This document shows positions 9,893-18,752 of a DNA stretch of 64,000 nt, piece after piece. A model generated the notes under the pieces. It was given only the letters and a program-made list of their open reading frames with translations, ran no database searches and was not told the DNA's origin. Each line of letters opens with the position of its first letter. Position 1 is the stretch's first letter. The stretch is from an uncultured delta proteobacterium (GTDB taxonomy: Bacteria; Desulfobacterota; RBG-13-43-22), in the NCBI GenBank assembly GCA_963790475.1, contig CAWBOS010000013.1, positions 256,001-320,000 of the forward strand, in the 5' to 3' direction. The position numbers and the translations under genes were made by a program.

Positions 9893-9998
9893 CTTTCCAC
9901 CAAAACAATTTGTTTCAAATATTAAACCTGTTTGTTTCGCGGCAATAGACTCACGACTTATTAACCAATAATTTAAATGATAAAGCGAGGGATTGGAA

Positions 9999-10508
9999 AT
10001 GGCGAGAATAGCTTATGTGGAGAAAGAACAGGCGACTGAGAAAACCCGAGATATCCTGAATAAGAACAACTGGAGCAATATCTTTCGTATGCTCGGGCAT
10101 TCGGAATCACACCTTTATAACTATTGCCGGCTGGGTAATGCCATTCGTTTCAAGGGCGAGCTTGATCCGGGTTTGCGGGAAATCGCCATTACCCGGACCG
10201 GCATACTTTGTCATTCAGATTACGAAGTCATAGCCCACAAGCGTCTGTGTGCTGCCGCCGGGGTCTCACAAGAAAAAATCGACGCCCTGGAAAAAGGGGC
10301 TGAGGCGGATGTGTTTACCGATGCCGAAAAGGATGTCCTTCGTTTTACCGACGATGTGGTTAAAAACGACCGGGCTGGCGATGAAACCTTCAATGCCGTG
10401 GCGAATCGCCTGACCCCCGGGGCACTGGTCGAACTCCACCTGGCCATCGGATTCTACATCATGACTTCGAAATTCCTGTTGACCTTTGATGTTGATTTGC
10501 AGTCCTGA
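9999..10508 (+). CDS. Carboxymuconolactone decarboxylase / AhpD-like protein
   Basis: MARIAYV, NIFRMLGH, LREIAITRTGILCHSDYEVIAH. Confidence 0.85.
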   Translation: MARIAYVEKEQATEKTRDILNKNNWSNIFRMLGHSESHLYNYCRLGNAIRFKGELDPGLREIAITRTGILCHSDYEVIAHKRLCAAAGVSQEKIDALEKGAEADVFTDAEKDVLRFTDDVVKNDRAGDETFNAVANRLTPGALVELHLAIGFYIMTSKFLLTFDVDLQS

Positions 10509-10657
10509 GACCACCCCCTCTTCGTAGGGGAGAGGGAGTATCTCCGGACGAACTTTACCTGGTCATTGAAGAACCGTTATATTCCACCCTTTTAATTATA
10601 TTGACAATTTTCTTCAAAAATGCGACAGACTTATTCCTATACTAAATTATTGAATAA

Positions 10658-10772
10658 CATCCCAACTTAACCCCAACCTGCCTGGAGTGGGTAATGAAGT
10701 GGGAAGTTTCAGAAAATTCCAATATAAAGCCTCCCATGGGTCTTTCAGTTCCATAGGAGGCTTCTTTTTTTA
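10658..10772 (+). ncRNA. Repeated leader element copy 4 (terminator 10727-10772)
   Basis: CATCCCAACTTAACCCCAACC...GGAGTGGGTAATGAAGTGGGAAGTTTCAGAAAATTCCAATAT then AAGCCTCC...GGAGGCTTCTTTTTTT; TTGACA at 10601. Confidence 0.62.
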
Positions 10773-10803
10773 CCAACATTTCATTTCTAAGGAGGTATCA
10801 AAA

Positions 10804-11109
10804 ATGATCAAAGTCAGCGTGTTGTATCCGAATGAAGAGGGCAAGAAATTTGACATGATCTATTACTGCAATAAACACATTCCCATGTGCCAGGAAAAGT
10901 TAGGGTGTATTCAAGTGGCTGTAGAACAGGGATTGGCCGGTGCGGCCCCGGGAACCCCAGCTCCTTATATCGCCATGGGCCATCTGTATTTCGATTCCCT
11001 GGAGGCGTTGCAGGTCGCCTTTGAACATCACGCCGCAGAGATCATGGCCGATATTCCCAACTACACTGAAATCGCCCCTGTGATGCAGATCAGCGAGGTA
11101 AAAATGTAG
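10804..11109 (+). CDS. EthD family protein (dimeric alpha+beta barrel)
   Basis: MIKVSVLYP, FDMIYYCNKHIP, IMADIPNYT; AAGGAGG RBS before ATG 10804. Confidence 0.92.
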   Translation: MIKVSVLYPNEEGKKFDMIYYCNKHIPMCQEKLGCIQVAVEQGLAGAAPGTPAPYIAMGHLYFDSLEALQVAFEHHAAEIMADIPNYTEIAPVMQISEVKM

Positions 11110-11306
11110 CTATACCGGATACTGGATAATCCGAATGTCCTGGTTTTGCTTCAAACGGGGACGTCAGAGGCGGGGCCATCCTGGCCCTGCCTCTTTCCCA
11201 CATTTCAATCCGTAATGCTTAACATTTCTTCAAACTCCATAGGCTTGACTCGTAGGTGCAAGTTCCCAAGCAGGAAGAGTCTGCTTCTTTCTTTCCTCTT
11301 ACCCCA

Positions 11307-11422
11307 TTCGATATGTAAAGTCCGGACCGGCAAAGTTCCATTTTCTTCACAGGACACCCCTCCGCCCCCTGGCCTTCTGCTGTATTTTCTGCCATAATTC
11401 TGCCTTTTCCTTCAATTATACT
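11307..11422 (+). repeat. Diverged copy C of the promoter-bearing repeat
   Basis: TGTAAAGTCCGGACCGGCA...TTTTCTTCACAGGACACCCCTCCGCCCCCTGGCCTTC aligns to copies A/B; TATACT at 11417. Confidence 0.65.
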
Positions 11423-11450
11423 CTTCCCATCAATAAAAAAATCCTTCCGG

Positions 11451-11624
11451 ATGAACAAGTATTCAAAGGACCAGACGCTGGTCTTCTACTGTGCCTGACC
11501 GAACGAGGCGACGAGTGCCAGGGTGGCACGGCAATTGACGACCAAAGGGTATTCCAAGGTTTACGCTTTGAAGGGAGGCTGGCATGAATGGTTCAATGCC
11601 AAATTCCCGATAGAGAATAAATAG
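11451..11624 (+). CDS. Rhodanese-like selenoprotein, 5'-truncated (57 aa, Sec TGA at 11496-11498)
   Basis: MNKYSKDQTLVFYCA-U-PNEATSARVARQLTTKGYSKVYALKGGWHEW; rhodanese similarity continues past the TGA. Confidence 0.8.
11515..11529 (+). promoter_or_regulatory. Putative bacterial SECIS hairpin
   Basis: GTGCCA-GGG-TGGCAC stem-loop with G loop 22 nt after the TGA. Confidence 0.7.
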
Positions 11625-11668
11625 AACCTACTCCCCGCTCTCAAGAACAACTTCCTCATTTTTACCCA

Positions 11669-11908
11669 CTAACGAAGCAGTTCCTGTTTTAATTGGCTGG
11701 CCATGATGGTCTCATACAGACCCGGAGCCAACCGGGAAACCCAATAAGTCATTTTTCCCACCGGGGTGAGCACCAGTATCCGCTTTTTCTTATTAACACC
11801 CCGAAAAACCATTTCGGCCACGTGCTCCGGTGTATCCTCCCGGCCCACCTTTGATTGCGGATGCCAGGTTACCTCTCCGTTTCCGTCGAGAGCCCGATCC
11901 TGGAGGTT
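11669..11908 (-). pseudogene. C-terminal fragment of an SDR oxidoreductase
   Basis: NLQDRALDGNGEVT...TPEHVAEMVFRGVNKKKRILVLTPVGKMTYWVSRLAPGLYETIMA...stop; begins right after the MFS stop with no start codon for the full segment. Confidence 0.7.
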
Positions 11909-11911
11909 TGG

Positions 11912-13216
11912 TTACCTTTCCTCCAGGCCGATGGATATTTTTTCTACTTTAGCCAGATCCCTTTCATAAAAGTGAGAACCGGCATAGAAAAAAATTCCGG
12001 CCAGGATGGGAGATAAAGAGACCAGGATCAGAGCGGTCCTGATATCGTACCGGTCCGAGATAAATCCGGTAAAGATCGGACCCAAAGAACTGCCCAGTAA
12101 ATTTTGAACGATGACGCAAAAACTGTAGGAAGTGGCCCTTAGGCCCGGATGAACTACGTCTTGAGTAACGGCGATGGCCGAAGAAGCAAAGGCAATGGCC
12201 GAAATTCCGCCCAGTAAAAAAAAGCCGTATTGAATGTTTCCGGAAAATAAAACGAAGGCTGAAACAAAGATAACGGCGGTTACGATAGAGGAAAGGGCGC
12301 TGAACAACAAACGGGCATTGGCCTTCTTCTTGAGCCATTTATCCGCCAGAAATCCGCCCAAAGGGGAACCGACAATGGCCATCAGCAAGACCAGACTGCC
12401 TTTAAAGGAAGCCTTTTCCATGGGCATATCTTCGAAACGGTGAAGGAAGGTAGGCAGCCAGCTCAGGATGGAGGTGGTCAGGAAGGTGCTGCCGGCAAAA
12501 CCGATATACGTAAAAAGAAGGGAGGGGGTTCGGCTGAATTCCCGGGCGATATCCCAGGTCTTCATTTTCAAGGGTTCCGGGCCATCGGCTTTCTGTCCCT
12601 GAGATTTAATCAGTTGTACGGTTTTATAATCTCGGATAAAAAAGAAAAGCAGGGCAATAATCAGGCCGGGCAAAGCCACCAGTCCGAAGGCCTGCCGCCA
12701 TCCGTAGCGGACGGCAATAAAGCCGCCCAGGGCCACTCCCAGGGCACTGCCTAGAGGAATGGACATATTCCAGATTCCGACCAGCATGGCCCGTTTTTTT
12801 TCAGGGAACAAGGCCGAGATCATGGCTGTTCCTCCCGGGGCATAACCGGCTTCTCCGATGCCTATGGCTGAGCGGGCGACAAAAAGATGAGTAAAATTTT
12901 GGGCAAAGGCACAGGAGGCGGTGGCTAAGCTCCATAAGATCGCCATTAAACCGATACTTCTTTTTCGACTCCAACGGTCTATGATTATCGAAACGGGAAA
13001 GGAAAAAAGAACGATTGACCAGTAAACCGCCGACACCAGCATACCGCATTGGGTGTCCGTTAGTCCCCAATCCTTTATTAAGTAAGGGAACAGGGAAACC
13101 ACCACCAGGCGGTCGATATAGTCGAACATGTATAAAAGAAAGAGCAGGGAAAAGATATAATAAGATTGGCCTTTGGAAAGCAAATATCCTTCGGCCGGGC
13201 TGTTATTCTTTGGCAT
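11912..13216 (-). CDS. MFS transporter (spinster-like)
   Basis: About 12 TM segments; FDYIDR, IDRWSRK, GIGEAGYAPG. Confidence 0.9.
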   Translation of the reverse strand: MPKNNSPAEGYLLSKGQSYYIFSLLFLLYMFDYIDRLVVVSLFPYLIKDWGLTDTQCGMLVSAVYWSIVLFSFPVSIIIDRWSRKRSIGLMAILWSLATASCAFAQNFTHLFVARSAIGIGEAGYAPGGTAMISALFPEKKRAMLVGIWNMSIPLGSALGVALGGFIAVRYGWRQAFGLVALPGLIIALLFFFIRDYKTVQLIKSQGQKADGPEPLKMKTWDIAREFSRTPSLLFTYIGFAGSTFLTTSILSWLPTFLHRFEDMPMEKASFKGSLVLLMAIVGSPLGGFLADKWLKKKANARLLFSALSSIVTAVIFVSAFVLFSGNIQYGFFLLGGISAIAFASSAIAVTQDVVHPGLRATSYSFCVIVQNLLGSSLGPIFTGFISDRYDIRTALILVSLSPILAGIFFYAGSHFYERDLAKVEKISIGLEER

Positions 13217-13241
13217 AACCCCTCCTTAAAAGACAGCGTTT

Positions 13242-14936
13242 TTACGCCTTATAGGCCCCCAGATTGGCCAGGGCCACGCTGCCCGGACTGATGGTCGTTG
13301 GATCGGTCATGACATTAATGCAGGTCGTCTTCCCGGAAGCAAAGGCCTCTTCCAAAGCCGGACGAATATCCTCCGGATGTTCAACCAGCATTCCTTTACC
13401 GCCCAGGTCCTCCACCAACTTATGATAATTGACCCGGCCGATATAGGTGCCATCAGGAATAGCATGCCCTATTTTCAATTCCTGGCTGTGCCGGATCATG
13501 CCCCAGCCCAGATCATTACTGATCACCGCCACAATAGGCAGGTTCTTGCGTATGGCCGTTTCAAACTCCATAAAATTGAAGCCCACCGATCCATCACCGA
13601 TAATCAGGCAGACCCTTTTCCGGGGATAAAGATATTGGGCGGTGTTGGCATAAGGAATTCCAACTCCCAGGCAGCCATATAGGCCGGAATCGAGATAGTG
13701 GCCGGACTGCCGGACCGTCCGGGTCATGCCCATCCAGATCTGGGTATCACCGCCGTCGGCTACGACAATATCATCTTCCCGGTCCATAAAGTGATTGATC
13801 TCGGCCGCCAGACGTAAAGGGTGGATGGGGGTTTCGGTGCTTTCCCACTGGGTTTTGGCCTCGGCTTTTCCGTCTTGTCCGGCCTTTCTTAAGGTAGAGA
13901 CCCAATCTTCAAATCTTTTTTGAAGGCCCGAATTAAGATTTTTTCCCTCGATGAGGCGGTTGCAGACAGCCAGCAAGCCTTGAATATCGCTGACTACCGA
14001 TAGATCCACCGAACGATTTCTTCCGATTTCTTCGGCTTCAATATCCACCTGGATAATTTTGGCTTCCTTGTTAAAAAGCTCCCCGAAGATATAAAAGAGG
14101 CTCATGCGCGCCCCCAGAAACAGGACCAGATCGGCACTCATATTGGCAAAAAGGGCCGCACCGGGGCGAACGGCCAGAGAGGATTCAAAACATAGCGGAT
14201 GGGTGTCGGGAATAGTCCCCCGGCCGAGAGAGGAGGTGAAGGCCGGTATTCCGGTCTTTTCCACAAATTCAATCAGCTCCTGCCCGGCCCCGGAATACCA
14301 GGTCCCGCTGCCGGCAATGACGATAGGCTGGGAGGACTGTTGAAGCAACTCGATGATTTTCTGGCACTGGTCCAGGTCCACCGGATGAGATTGGATCACA
14401 CTGTAGGTCCTTTTAACGGCTGTCGGATCAGTCTGGGCGTTAAGCACATCCACGGGCAGTTCCAAATAGACCGGTCCCGGGCGACCGCTGGCGGCAATAC
14501 GATAGGCCAGGTCAATAAACTCCGGGATCCGCTCCGGCTTATGACAAACCAGGGCCTTCTTGACCATGGGCTCGATTACCGGGGCCTGACGCATGTCCTG
14601 CAAATCCAGCTTTTCGATGCATTCCACGCCCACGCACCCTGAAATAAGGACCAGCGGTGAATTGGCCAACCGGGCATTGGCCACAGCCGACAGGGCATTG
14701 GTGAAACCCGGCCCGGCTGTGACCATGGCCGTTCCCGGCTTTCGCCTCATTCTCCCCCAGGCCTCGGCCATAAAAACCGCGCCCTGCTCGTGGCGGGTAT
14801 CAAACAGCTTAATGGGTGAGTCCTCCAGGTATTGGTAGATCGGGGTGATATGTCCGCCGCTTAAGGTAAAAATCGTTTCCACGCCTTGCCGAATCAAGGC
14901 TTCGGCCGTGAGTTGTCCTCCGGAAATTTTTCCCAT
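13242..14936 (-). CDS. Thiamine pyrophosphate-dependent enzyme (IlvB-like / 2-hydroxyacyl-CoA lyase-like)
   Basis: LSGGHI, TRHEQ, TAGPG, GDGSVGF...ND TPP motif. Confidence 0.88.
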   Translation of the reverse strand: MGKISGGQLTAEALIRQGVETIFTLSGGHITPIYQYLEDSPIKLFDTRHEQGAVFMAEAWGRMRRKPGTAMVTAGPGFTNALSAVANARLANSPLVLISGCVGVECIEKLDLQDMRQAPVIEPMVKKALVCHKPERIPEFIDLAYRIAASGRPGPVYLELPVDVLNAQTDPTAVKRTYSVIQSHPVDLDQCQKIIELLQQSSQPIVIAGSGTWYSGAGQELIEFVEKTGIPAFTSSLGRGTIPDTHPLCFESSLAVRPGAALFANMSADLVLFLGARMSLFYIFGELFNKEAKIIQVDIEAEEIGRNRSVDLSVVSDIQGLLAVCNRLIEGKNLNSGLQKRFEDWVSTLRKAGQDGKAEAKTQWESTETPIHPLRLAAEINHFMDREDDIVVADGGDTQIWMGMTRTVRQSGHYLDSGLYGCLGVGIPYANTAQYLYPRKRVCLIIGDGSVGFNFMEFETAIRKNLPIVAVISNDLGWGMIRHSQELKIGHAIPDGTYIGRVNYHKLVEDLGGKGMLVEHPEDIRPALEEAFASGKTTCINVMTDPTTISPGSVALANLGAYKA

Positions 14937-15000
14937 ATTTTTTACTTTTCAGATCAATATCGAAGATTCGTAACAGTTTAGCTTCTTGAAATAACTGTTT

Positions 15001-15178
15001 CCACCGCAAAGGCGCAAAGGGCGCAAAGAAGAAGATATATTATTGATTGTCCCGCGGGACAATCAATAACCCCCGCTACCCTGCGGGTAATTGTTTGGCC
15101 GGAGGCCAGAGCTGTTTTATTCAATCCCGCCTCTCACGGGATTGAACAATAATGATTCACTCTGCGTTCTTTGCGTCT
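15001..15178. repeat. ~190 bp MITE/REP-like element family A, left part (right terminus at 16777-16787 beyond the IS110)
   Basis: CACCGCAAAG terminus; internal hairpins TTATTGATTGTCCC-GC-GGGACAATCAATAA and TTCAATCCC...GGGATTGAA; reverse-complement match to 18873 and 62611 copies. Confidence 0.88.
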
Positions 15179-15234
15179 GGTTTATTGTTGTCAAGAGTTT
15201 TTTAAATATTATTAAACAAACTGGTAACTATCTT

Positions 15235-15395
15235 AGAGTGACACCTTGCCCAACTCTGGTAATTTGAGAGTCTCAACAGAGCTCTAACCTTGCTTTATTG
15301 GGGTTAAGGTGCAAGCGGAGAGTTATTTAAGCTCTGCGAGAAGGTCGACTTAGTCGCCTTAGATGCCGCAAACGATAATCTCTCCGCTTACACGC
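15235..15395 (-). ncRNA. Predicted IS110 bridge RNA with target- and donor-binding loops
   Basis: Two stem/internal-loop/stem modules; loops contain TTTGCGGC and CGCAGAG (target) and AGCAAG and ACCAG (donor). Confidence 0.7.
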
Positions 15396-15404
15396 TAAGA
15401 AGGT

Positions 15405-16664
15405 CTAAGCAGCCAGTTTTAACGTTGCTCCTTTTGAATAATTTTCCATATATTCGTTATGATCACGCACCAAGGCAAAAATAACACCGAGAAGCTTCCG
15501 GGCAATGGCTACCAGGGCCTTGATCTTGGGCATTCCTTGATCCAGATGCCTTTGATAGGCCGTATGCATCACTCCCCCTTTTCGAACCGTATTGATAGCG
15601 GCAAAAAAGAGGATTTTCCTAAGAAGCGACCGGCCTCTTTTGGATATATGACGATTCCCTTGGTGCCTTCCAGAACTGATTTCAAAGAGGTTCAGTCCGG
15701 CCAACTTCAGGACTTCAGCCAGCGTATGAAATTTACGAAAATCCCCGACTTCTCCAATCAGTCCGGCGGTGGTAACCTCTCCTATCCCTTTCAAGGACAG
15801 AATCGAATGACTATAGGGGATCTCGGGAAGAAGGGCCGCCATCTCCTGTTCCGCCTTCTCAATAAACTGGTCAGAAGATTCAATCTCAGAAAGAAGTTCT
15901 CGTATCTCAAAAAGAATCGCCTTGCGGCCTTCTTGAAGACCTACGGAATGGCCAGCGGCCGCATAAAGGGCCGGGGCTCGCTCTTTATCCAGCTTCCCTC
16001 GGCTAACCCGTCTCAGCGTGGCCCTCAAGGTCCCAAGACCACATTGGATAATATCTTCCGGGCACGGATAATGCCGCAACAGATATTGGGCACTGCGGGT
16101 TTTAATATTCTTCATCACTTGCAGAAACTCGGGGAAGACAATAAAGACCAAATCCTGAATCTGGTTCAAAAGGCCCGTTCGTCTTCGTATGGCTCTCTCC
16201 CTGGCATGGGTCAGTCGGCGAAGTTCAGCTGCCGCGCCTTCGGGAATGACCACGGTAAGGGCATGACCCAGCTCAATAATATCCGCAATGACTTTGGGAT
16301 CTTTCCTATCCGTCTTATTGGGCGAGTTACCCTGGACTTCCTTCAACTTCTTCGTATGCATAGGATTAACCTGAACCAGTGTCACCGGCCGTTTCATCAG
16401 AAAATGTTGCAAGGGTTCTCCATAAGACCCGGTGGATTCAAAACCAACCACGATTTCTTCCAAGTGATTGGCCTCTTTGGCCTCAACCATCCGATTCCAA
16501 AATTTCGTAAATCCTTGATCATTATTGAAAAACTCAAAAGGTTTGATTTCCGTCCGGTCTGGACAGCGGCCATATCCCATATTGGTCGTTTTGCCTATGT
16601 CCACGGTACCGATAAGGGTTTTTTCATTGACCTTCTTAAGTTTTTTTGTTTCAATCTTATTCAT
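15405..16664 (-). CDS. IS110 family recombinase/transposase
   Basis: DEDD motifs VDIGK, FESTGSY, KTDRKD; C-terminal GIGEVT, ISSG, SKRG, ALVAIARKL. Confidence 0.95.
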   Translation of the reverse strand: MNKIETKKLKKVNEKTLIGTVDIGKTTNMGYGRCPDRTEIKPFEFFNNDQGFTKFWNRMVEAKEANHLEEIVVGFESTGSYGEPLQHFLMKRPVTLVQVNPMHTKKLKEVQGNSPNKTDRKDPKVIADIIELGHALTVVIPEGAAAELRRLTHARERAIRRRTGLLNQIQDLVFIVFPEFLQVMKNIKTRSAQYLLRHYPCPEDIIQCGLGTLRATLRRVSRGKLDKERAPALYAAAGHSVGLQEGRKAILFEIRELLSEIESSDQFIEKAEQEMAALLPEIPYSHSILSLKGIGEVTTAGLIGEVGDFRKFHTLAEVLKLAGLNLFEISSGRHQGNRHISKRGRSLLRKILFFAAINTVRKGGVMHTAYQRHLDQGMPKIKALVAIARKLLGVIFALVRDHNEYMENYSKGATLKLAA

Positions 16665-16896
16665 GGCTATACTCCTTTCCTTGGTTTGGGTTTAACCAAC
16701 TTGCAAATTGGACCTCAAATCAAGAAAGAGTATAGCCTTTTTTGTACGGCTTAACTACTTTCTAAAATATAGCAAGCTTTGCGGTGAGCAAAAACTCTTT
16801 TTCAAAAACTTAAAGTGTTACAAAAGCTCAAAGAAGATTTTGGCCCGGCAAAAGGTGTTTGGTTCTTCCTTGAACCTTGAACCTCGCACCGTTTAT

Positions 16897-17733
16897 CTAT
16901 ATTTCCATTAACTGTCCCCCGGTCACATTGACGGCCTGACCGGTCATGTAGGAAGAGGCCTCGGAGGCCAAAAAAGCCACCAGATTGGCCACTTCATCTG
17001 TGGCACCGATACGGCCCAAGGGAATCATCCGGCACATTTCCTGTTCCCGTTCTTCCGGCGTGGACCCGAAAAACCGGGCCTCCAGTTCAAATCGCCATTT
17101 TTCCAGATCAGTTTGAATTTGTCCCGGACAAACGGCATTGACCCGGATCCCGGACCCGGCCAGTTCTCTGGCCATGACCTTGGTCAGCATTATCACACCG
17201 GCCTTGGCTACGGCATAGGCGCCATTAAACAGAGGGGGGACTTTGCCGGCCCGGGAAGCGGTGTTGATGATGCTCCCCGATTTTCCGGTCATTAGAGGCA
17301 GGACGGCCCGGGAGACCCGAAAAACCCCATGGAGATTGACATCAATCGTTCTCATCCAGGCCGATTCTTCATATTGCTGAACCGTGTTGGGGACGCCGAA
17401 GGATGCCCCGGCATTATTACAGAGGATATCGATCCGGTCGAACCGGTCTTTGATCCTCTCCACCATCTCCAAAATGGAATGGTTGTCGATGACGTTTACC
17501 GGCACGGCCAGGGTCTGAACGGCGAACCGGTTATTCAGTTCCCGGGCCAGTCCCTCCATTTCCTCCAGCGTTCCGGTGCCGACTTCGCTGGATTCTTGTT
17601 GAATATTTCCCAGATCAGCCAGAATCACCTGGGTTCCCAATGACGCCAATTTTCGTCCTATAGCAAACCCGATCCCGGACCGCTTCCCGGCGCCGGACAC
17701 CAGGGCTGTTTTTCCTGCCAAATCCTGCAACAT
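16897..17733 (-). CDS. SDR family oxidoreductase
   Basis: VSGAGKRSGIG, NNAG, YAVAK; AGGAGG RBS before ATG 17733. Confidence 0.9.
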   Translation of the reverse strand: MLQDLAGKTALVSGAGKRSGIGFAIGRKLASLGTQVILADLGNIQQESSEVGTGTLEEMEGLARELNNRFAVQTLAVPVNVIDNHSILEMVERIKDRFDRIDILCNNAGASFGVPNTVQQYEESAWMRTIDVNLHGVFRVSRAVLPLMTGKSGSIINTASRAGKVPPLFNGAYAVAKAGVIMLTKVMARELAGSGIRVNAVCPGQIQTDLEKWRFELEARFFGSTPEEREQEMCRMIPLGRIGATDEVANLVAFLASEASSYMTGQAVNVTGGQLMEI

Positions 17734-17866
17734 GGAAATCCTCCTGTTGTGGGGGATGGGTTCAATTCGAAGCCTATCCTCTAACCCAAAATAATTCGAT
17801 AAGTGGATAATAGTCAATTCAATTTTATTAAGTATCTTTCTTTTGAGAAATTAGTCGATATTCTCC

Positions 17867-17895
17867 TTGACCCCTCATGGGGCATATTTTATACT
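17867..17895 (+). promoter_or_regulatory. Putative sigma70 promoter
   Basis: TTGACC-N17-TATACT. Confidence 0.6.
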
Positions 17896-18011
17896 CTCTC
17901 CACCCAAAAAGGAAATTCATGTCAAAAAGAAAACGCGAGGCTTGACGGCCTTGTCCTCCCTTATGGAAGCCCCGCAGGCGGAAGAATTGAAGAAGTGTAA
18001 AGCGTAAGCCG

Positions 18012-18752
18012 ATGCAAACTACATTTATTGTCTATGGAATCATCGTCTGTTTTTTCTCGGGTCTTATAACGGGAATAACGGCTTTCGGATTTGCTCTTGT
18101 GGCCATCCCCTTCCTCATGCTTTTTTTTGACCCTAAAGCGGCGGTGCCAATCGTCACCATAAGCAGCGTCCTGACGGGGATATATCTTTTCTTTGAATTA
18201 AGGAAGAAGATGCAGGTAAAGAAGATCATTCCCCTGATCATCGGCGGGATAATCGGCCTTCCTTTCGGCGTCTATATTCTGGTTGTTCTTGATAAGGATG
18301 TTCTGAAAATTTCAGTAGGGGCGCTCATATCGGTTTTTGCGATTTTTCTCGCCTTGGGCATTAAGAAAGAAATAAAGAACGAGAAAAACACTTCCGTATT
18401 GATCGGCATGGTAAGCGGGTTACTGAAGGGAAGCACTTCTCTGTCAGGCCCTCCAGTGGTCCTGTTCTTAATCAATCAGGACCAGGAAAAGGAGGTTTTC
18501 AGGGCCAACCTTACCGGATACTTTATGATCATGGGAACTCTGGCCGTTATCGCCCTTACCATCGGAAAACTGGTGAGTTTAACTGTCCTGGAATACTCGG
18601 CCTGGTTTATTGTCCCGACGATTTTGGGCACCGGATTAGGGTCAAAGATCTGTCCTCGTGTAAATCCCATCCCCTTCAGGTATCTTTCGCTGGCGGTTGT
18701 TATTATTGCCGGGACACTATCTATCCTTTCCGGATTGAAGGTGTTCGGTTAA
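18012..18752 (+). CDS. Sulfite exporter TauE/SafE family protein
   Basis: About 8 TM segments; GITAFGFAL, SLSGPPVV. Confidence 0.88.
   Translation: MQTTFIVYGIIVCFFSGLITGITAFGFALVAIPFLMLFFDPKAAVPIVTISSVLTGIYLFFELRKKMQVKKIIPLIIGGIIGLPFGVYILVVLDKDVLKISVGALISVFAIFLALGIKKEIKNEKNTSVLIGMVSGLLKGSTSLSGPPVVLFLINQDQEKEVFRANLTGYFMIMGTLAVIALTIGKLVSLTVLEYSAWFIVPTILGTGLGSKICPRVNPIPFRYLSLAVVIIAGTLSILSGLKVFG

Larger units (their letters stand above)
15177..16778 (-). mobile_element. Complete IS110-family element flanked by CT cores (15177-15178 and 16777-16778)
   Basis: Removing 1600 bp restores the MITE end CTTTGCGT-CT-TTGCGGTGA. Confidence 0.88.

Noticed and set aside
15459-16754. 431-aa antisense ORF over the IS110 recombinase
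   Set aside because: Codon-for-codon mirror of the real gene, no motifs or RBS; explained by absence of TTA/CTA/TCA codons
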